In this document: positions 9,118 through 13,296 of the stretch, piece by piece | Position numbering within the stretch: the stretch's first letter is position 1 | Layout: each line of letters starts with the position of its first letter | NCBI GenBank assembly: GCA_048939625.1 | Contig: JBHLPH010000035.1 | Coordinates: 1 to 13,296, forward strand | DNA length: 13,296 nt | Direction of reading: 5' to 3' | DNA from: Promethearchaeota archaeon | Lineage (GTDB): Archaea > Asgardarchaeota > Hermodarchaeia > Hermodarchaeales > Hermodarchaeaceae | Position numbers and translations under genes: made by a program | Notes under the pieces: generated by a model | What the model was told of the DNA's origin: nothing | Seen by the model: only the letters and a program-made list of their open reading frames with translations | The model's database searches: none

Positions 9118-10791
9118 GTGTGTGAAAAGCGCGTGACACCGAATTTCGATCTCAAACAACTGCTAGCGAATGGTGAAACGAGAAACACCGAATTCAAACG
9201 CTCCCTCACGGATCGTGATAAAACAAGAGATCGTAGGGCAAAATTAATCGCCCAATTGAAACTTATTACAAGTGAGGGACCAGGACAATTCGTTGTTGGT
9301 GTTGAAGATCTTCATGGGAAAAAATGGGAAGTCTATGGTCTATCAAATGAGGAGATGGAAACCAGTAAAACCATTCTCAAAGCCTTATGTAAGGAAGCGG
9401 GAATTGATATTTTAGAAGAGACTCATTATAAAACTGACCAGGGAATTGTAACAAGTTTCACCTTGGCTCGCGTTATTACACCAATGGTGCCTGAAACCAT
9501 TGGTATTAACATGGTGGGACGGGTAAATAGTGGAAAGACAACAGTAGCTGGTGTCCTCATTCAATGCAAGCTTGATGATGGCAGCGGACAAGCAAGAGCT
9601 GTGCTCCTAACTTATCCTCAAGAGCTTAAGCGCGGACAGACTGCGGATCTGCATGTTACATTTGCAGCCATTGATAAGCAAGGCAAATTCATTCCCATGA
9701 AAGCGCCTTTACAAAAATCAACCCGTGCAAGAATCTTAGATAAGGCTCATCGGATAATTACTATCTTTGATGCCCCTGGTCACAAGGAATATACGAAAAC
9801 TATGATTCGTAGTGTTCTCGGAGCCTCTGCTCAGTATAGTATGCTGTTAGTTCCTTGCTTAGATGAACACAAACTTGCCATTGCTGAGGAACAACGAAGC
9901 GGAATACTTCGTTTGGATGATATTACGCGGGAGCATTTACTATTGGTGTCAAATCAAGAATTACCATTTTTTGTCGTTATTAACAAAGTTGATGATTGTG
10001 ATGAAGCTATTCGCTCTCAGGTTCGAAACCTTGTCTTCGAAACGATTAAAGAAATTGGTCATGTTCCCCTTAGGGTCACTTCCGATGACGATATACGGAT
10101 AATTTGCCGCGAAATCGCCCATCGGGTTATTGTTCCAGTTTTTGAAGTGAGTTGTGTGACGGGAGAAGGGCTAGATTTGCTACGAAAATCTTTGGCATAT
10201 ATCCCCTCCCGCATTCCAGTTGAACGCATCGAAAAACCTGCTTTTGCATACATCGACAAGGTATACCGTGGAATTCGGGGAACTAATGTTGTTATAACAG
10301 GAACAGTCCAGGAGGGTATCTTCAAACCTGGTCAACCGATTCTTTGTGGTCCAGACAATGACGGGCGCTTTATGAAAGGTCGGATAGGTTCAATTGAAGT
10401 GTTCAAAAAACGTGTTGAACGGGTGAAAGCGGGTGATGTCTTTGGATTCGATATCAAGCGACTTCCACCTGAAAAGGTCAGACGCGGACAAATTATTAGT
10501 GACAAGGATGCAGATACAAAAGCAGTCCAAGCTTTTGATGCCACAATTATCGTTACACGACACCCCACAAGGATACGCCCAGGATACGAACCAGTCTTTC
10601 ATAGTGCTACTATTCAACAACCTGTTATTTATGAGAAAATCTTTGATAAAGAGTACTTAGTTGTCGGCGACGTAGCACGGGTTCGAATGGTTTTCAAAAA
10701 AGGTCCAGAGATGCTACGAATTGGCGATCGCATCGTAACTCGTGAAGCTAATACTCGGTGTATTGGAACAGTCACAGAACTTATCCGATAG
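9118..10791 (+). CDS. Archaeal GTPBP1/2-like translational GTPase (COG5258 type) with N-terminal AlbA_2/Schlafen-like domain
   Basis: N-terminal 'GETRNTEFK...FVVGVED'; G1 GRVNSGKTT, 'LDDGSG', G2 'ELKRGQT', G3 DAPGH, G4 NKVD, G5 SCVTGEG; followed by EF-Tu-like domains II and III ('HPTRIRPGYEPVFH'). Start is GTG 9118 or GTG 9133. Confidence 0.88.
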   Translation: MCEKRVTPNFDLKQLLANGETRNTEFKRSLTDRDKTRDRRAKLIAQLKLITSEGPGQFVVGVEDLHGKKWEVYGLSNEEMETSKTILKALCKEAGIDILEETHYKTDQGIVTSFTLARVITPMVPETIGINMVGRVNSGKTTVAGVLIQCKLDDGSGQARAVLLTYPQELKRGQTADLHVTFAAIDKQGKFIPMKAPLQKSTRARILDKAHRIITIFDAPGHKEYTKTMIRSVLGASAQYSMLLVPCLDEHKLAIAEEQRSGILRLDDITREHLLLVSNQELPFFVVINKVDDCDEAIRSQVRNLVFETIKEIGHVPLRVTSDDDIRIICREIAHRVIVPVFEVSCVTGEGLDLLRKSLAYIPSRIPVERIEKPAFAYIDKVYRGIRGTNVVITGTVQEGIFKPGQPILCGPDNDGRFMKGRIGSIEVFKKRVERVKAGDVFGFDIKRLPPEKVRRGQIISDKDADTKAVQAFDATIIVTRHPTRIRPGYEPVFHSATIQQPVIYEKIFDKEYLVVGDVARVRMVFKKGPEMLRIGDRIVTREANTRCIGTVTELIR

Positions 10792-10805
10792 AGTAATGAA
10801 GTGCC

Positions 10806-11435
10806 TTATAACTCTGCGAAAGCCCGAGCCAATTGGGTAATCTTGAAATGTAGTTCATCGACTGATGAAACAGTTGCAATAGAGTTTTTGTCCCAAGCTA
10901 AGAAATTCCGTTGAGCAACTGCTTCCAATTCTTCTGGAGAAGCCTTGGGAAAAGAAGCGCGTAATACCACCAGGCCATATTCTCCAGAGCCTGTGGTTTT
11001 TGCTAACAACTTTGTGATGAGCAGCCCCTTTGAATTTATTTTCGTAGCATATTGACGATGAAGCCTAAGTTTTGTAGTCGATCCAATTCGGCGAAGTTCT
11101 AACTGAATTGTTCGATCAACCCTTTCAGGTATCCATATTGCAAAGTAGATGGTTACACTGATGGTTAGGATTAGGGCGATAGTTGTAGCAAGACCTGCAG
11201 GCCAAACGTAGGGATGTTGGAATGCTAATAATAACCATTGCCACCAAGTCTGGTATGGAGTGGGAGTCCAGGGTGGACCTAAGGATGGGAGTAGGAGGAG
11301 GTTGGTAACTAGGATATAAGCACAGATGCTGCTGACGACCCATAGGACTCCAAGGAAAACCCATTCTATGAGATATTGCTCTCGTACAATACCCGTGAGC
11401 AGTTGTTCATTCGTCTGTGTCAATAGATGTTCCAT
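10806..11435 (-). CDS. Hypothetical membrane protein (two predicted TM helices plus soluble C-terminal domain)
   Basis: Hydrophobic stretches 'LIEWVFLGVLWVVSSICAYILVTNLLLL' and 'VWPAGLATTIALILTISVTIYFAIWI'. Start chosen at ATG 11435, overlapping the upstream wHTH gene by 29 nt; the ORF is open to 11495. Confidence 0.7.
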   Translation of the reverse strand: MEHLLTQTNEQLLTGIVREQYLIEWVFLGVLWVVSSICAYILVTNLLLLPSLGPPWTPTPYQTWWQWLLLAFQHPYVWPAGLATTIALILTISVTIYFAIWIPERVDRTIQLELRRIGSTTKLRLHRQYATKINSKGLLITKLLAKTTGSGEYGLVVLRASFPKASPEELEAVAQRNFLAWDKNSIATVSSVDELHFKITQLARAFAEL

Positions 11436-11778
11436 CCTCCAAAGCTTGAGCATAAAGCTCCATCGTCTTTTTGCCATGGGTTTCGATAAGTTCAAGCAAA
11501 TATGCTATCAATGGGTGCAGGTGGTTTACCCGGATTGAATGAAGGCGAGGCGTTAATCGATCGACGAGGATAAGTTCTTCTTTTTCAAGGCGTTCAAGGG
11601 GACCACGATATAAAGACTTAGCCTTTCCACTGTAACCAATTAATGTAATGAGCTGTTTTCCTGAAGCTGCCCGAGGGTAGATGTGGGCCAATGAAATAAG
11701 AATCCGGCGTTGGATTTCACTTAGAGAAAGAAGGGACATTATGAGATCATATGTATCCTTTCCTCGGTCTTTTGACAC
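11407..11778 (-). CDS. Winged-helix DNA-binding protein (putative transcription regulator)
   Basis: 'LSEIQRRILISLA...SGKQLITLIGY...SLYRGPLERLEKEELILVDR...HSIRVN' has the wHTH helix-helix-recognition helix-wing pattern. GTG start. Confidence 0.7.
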   Translation of the reverse strand: MSKDRGKDTYDLIMSLLSLSEIQRRILISLAHIYPRAASGKQLITLIGYSGKAKSLYRGPLERLEKEELILVDRLTPRLHSIRVNHLHPLIAYLLELIETHGKKTMELYAQALEDGTSIDTDE

Positions 11779-11966
11779 GCTTAACCACGCCAGCCGTGTT
11801 TCTTATCTTTAAGTCTAAAAGTATTGGTTAGTCTAACAAGATATACCTCTTATTATGAGTTTTTATTTACAAGAGAGTTCTCACACAAGAGCGGTTAGTC
11901 ATTAATGAATATTTATTATCTATAATAACAAATACTCACTTGAATGATTCGTGTACGTATTTATGC

Positions 11967-11984
11967 CGCAAAGTATATATTTAA
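11967..11984 (+). promoter_or_regulatory. BRE + TATA box for the ArsR-type gene
   Basis: CGCAAAG followed by TATATATTTA (11974-11983) in an AT-rich divergent intergenic region, about 60 nt upstream of ATG 12041. Confidence 0.55.
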
Positions 11985-12040
11985 GAGTGTAAAATAAAGG
12001 TCAATCGAGTTGCTGGAGAATTACCTGGACGGTAAAAGCA

Positions 12041-12280
12041 ATGACACCTATCACTGAGAAAGTTTTGCGCCATCGGACTCGTCGCCAGATTTTAGTAACC
12101 CTTAATGGACAACGTACGTTTTTGCGTGACATCGCAAGGGCGTTAGATATTCCCCCAAGTACCGCCGCATATCATTTGAAGCGGCTTCTTTCTGCAGGTC
12201 TCGTCGAGCAACGTCGAGGAGTATACCATTCTTTCTACTTCTTAACCGAACACGGCGAACGGATTGCAGCAGAATTCTAA
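12041..12280 (+). CDS. Small ArsR-family/winged HTH transcription regulator
   Basis: 'LRHRTRRQILVTL...LRDIARALDIPPSTAAYHLKRLLSAGLV...YFLTEHG' is a classic ArsR/HTH_20-type pattern. Confidence 0.85.
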   Translation: MTPITEKVLRHRTRRQILVTLNGQRTFLRDIARALDIPPSTAAYHLKRLLSAGLVEQRRGVYHSFYFLTEHGERIAAEF

Positions 12281-12367
12281 ATTCAACTGAATTGTACATT
12301 CACTGTCGGTAGGCTGCAACATCAGCCTTTATCGATAAATATGGATATTCAGTAATGCTAGCGAGTA

Positions 12368-12748
12368 TTAGGTTTCCAACGCCTGAGCTTTCGCTGTAGC
12401 TCTCCAAGTTGGTTGGTCATGCATTTCTGCTTTCTTTAGATATCCTTGGGATTCGAGTTCATCTAATAATGTGCGAACTTCTTCCTCTTTGAGGGGGCTC
12501 TTCCCGATGGGAACCCGAGTACTATTGACACCCTGTAAAATGCTTATGAACGATTGATGCCCCCTTTGACAAACGAATAATATTGCCTGTTGATCGGCAG
12601 ATAACAGCGCTTCCTCTCCTTTTGCTTCAGCCGCCTCCGCAGCTTCCGCCTGCTCGATTATTTCCGTTGGTAATGAGACATCTTGACGTTTTACGGCGGC
12701 CGGTTTAAGTTGTACCTTCCGTTTCACCCTATTCTCGTTTTCAATCAT
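12368..12748 (-). CDS. Hypothetical protein with low-complexity N-terminus and C-terminal winged-helix-like domain
   Basis: ATG 12748 is preceded by GTGGT (ORF open to 12784). A basic N-terminus and Ala/Glu linker 'EQAEAAEAAEAKGEE' precede 'LSADQQAILF...EEVRTLLDELESQGYL...TWRATAKA'. Confidence 0.65.
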   Translation of the reverse strand: MIENENRVKRKVQLKPAAVKRQDVSLPTEIIEQAEAAEAAEAKGEEALLSADQQAILFVCQRGHQSFISILQGVNSTRVPIGKSPLKEEEVRTLLDELESQGYLKKAEMHDQPTWRATAKAQALET

Positions 12749-12843
12749 TCTTACCACTTTTACGCTGCGAAGTCTATAATGCACTTAGATGTTGAGTGGA
12801 TGAGTGAGCCAAAAAGGTTTCTTTCTGATGGTGGGAAGGGCGA

Positions 12844-13296
12844 TTAATAAACCAGTATTTCTTTTGCAATGGCTTCTGCAGCGAGACTTCGTCTGAAGCG
12901 GACCCGCAAGACTCCATTGCGCCCATGGGCTGACACAATTCGACCCTGATTCGAGGTTTGATCGTTGAAATGGATGATTACAGAACGACCAATATAAGAT
13001 GCGGCTTGAGAAATTGATGTCACACCCTCCAATTGGATTAAGCCATATTGTGGTCGCTGTCTAATTGATCCTCGTTGGAAATTCATCAGTACTCCTTTGA
13101 CAGGTTTTTCAAGAGGAAGCCGGCGGGGTTTTTTAGGTTTGGTTTCGACTGAAATTGCAGCTTTTCGCTTTTTCTTAGTTTTTTTGGCAGTTGTTATTTT
13201 CTTCGACTTAGGCTTCGTGGACTTAGGCTTCGTGGACTTAGGCTTCGTGGACTTAGGCTTCGTGGACTTAGGCTTCGTGGACTTAGGCTTCGTGGA
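12844..13296 (-). CDS. rpl35ae: 50S ribosomal protein L35Ae (eL33) with long Lys-rich N-terminal extension; 5' end outside window
   Basis: Core 'KGVLMNFQRG...Q.P.YGLIQLEGV.S...A..YIGR.V...GRIVSAHGRNGVLRVRFRRSL' is the L35Ae signature. The frame is open without stops from 13296: (STKPK)6-SKKITTAKKTKKKRKAAISVETKPKKPRRLPLEKPVKGVL-MNFQRG. Confidence 0.9.
   Translation of the reverse strand, partial: STKPKSTKPKSTKPKSTKPKSTKPKSTKPKSKKITTAKKTKKKRKAAISVETKPKKPRRLPLEKPVKGVLMNFQRGSIRQRPQYGLIQLEGVTSISQAASYIGRSVIIHFNDQTSNQGRIVSAHGRNGVLRVRFRRSLAAEAIAKEILVY
13207..13296. repeat. Perfect 15-bp tandem repeat (CTTAGGCTTCGTGGA) x6, running to the window end
   Basis: Six identical copies at 13207-13296, plus a degenerate partial copy (CTTCGA, 13201-13206). 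Encodes STKPK on the minus strand, in frame with rpl35ae. Confidence 0.98.

Noticed and set aside
149-10660. Numerous short overlapping or antisense ORFs in the track (e.g. 414-674, 6310-6639, 7380-7685, 9863-10102, 10059-10325)
   Set aside because: They lie inside well-supported genes and show no recognisable motifs; they are shadow ORFs.
9118-10791. Calling the GTPase EF-1alpha, SelB or aIF2-gamma
   Set aside because: The N-terminal EFK/GVxD domain, 'LDDGSG' after G1 and 'HPTRI..GYEPV' in domain III are GTPBP1/2 (COG5258) features.
12281-12367. Possible terminator or ncRNA between the convergent HTH genes
   Set aside because: Only short weak palindromes, with no strong hairpin or oligo-T tract to support a call.
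13207-13296. Terminal repeat containing TTAGGC, suggestive of a telomere or CRISPR array
   Set aside because: There are no spacers, so it is not CRISPR. It lies in frame in an archaeal ribosomal protein gene and matches the Lys/Pro/Thr composition of the adjacent unique coding sequence, so a coding VNTR is the simpler explanation.

Overview
Archaeal chromosomal region (about 43% GC by eye). Archaeal markers: ribosomal protein L35Ae, an archaeal-type GTPBP1/2 GTPase, a tungsten AOR, BRE/TATA-like promoters and GGTG/GGAG Shine-Dalgarno motifs. An Asgard/TACK-like lineage is only a guess. Gene order: 3' part of metG; a ~1025-aa orphan protein (HhH-like N-terminus, long alpha-helical body, beta-rich C-terminus); a minus-strand deoC - aor - PAP2-like membrane phosphatase operon, with DeoC carrying an unusual C-terminal CxxC-x21-CxxC extension; a divergent plus-strand M42 aminopeptidase - HAD hydrolase - AlbA_2/GTPBP translational GTPase run; a wHTH protein plus membrane protein pair divergent from a minimal ArsR-type HTH; a third wHTH protein; and rpl35ae, whose reading frame runs off the window through a Lys-rich extension and a perfect 15-bp tandem repeat encoding (STKPK)n. 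No mobile element, CRISPR array, rRNA or convincing tRNA was seen. All domain calls come from motif recognition by eye; no database searches were run.
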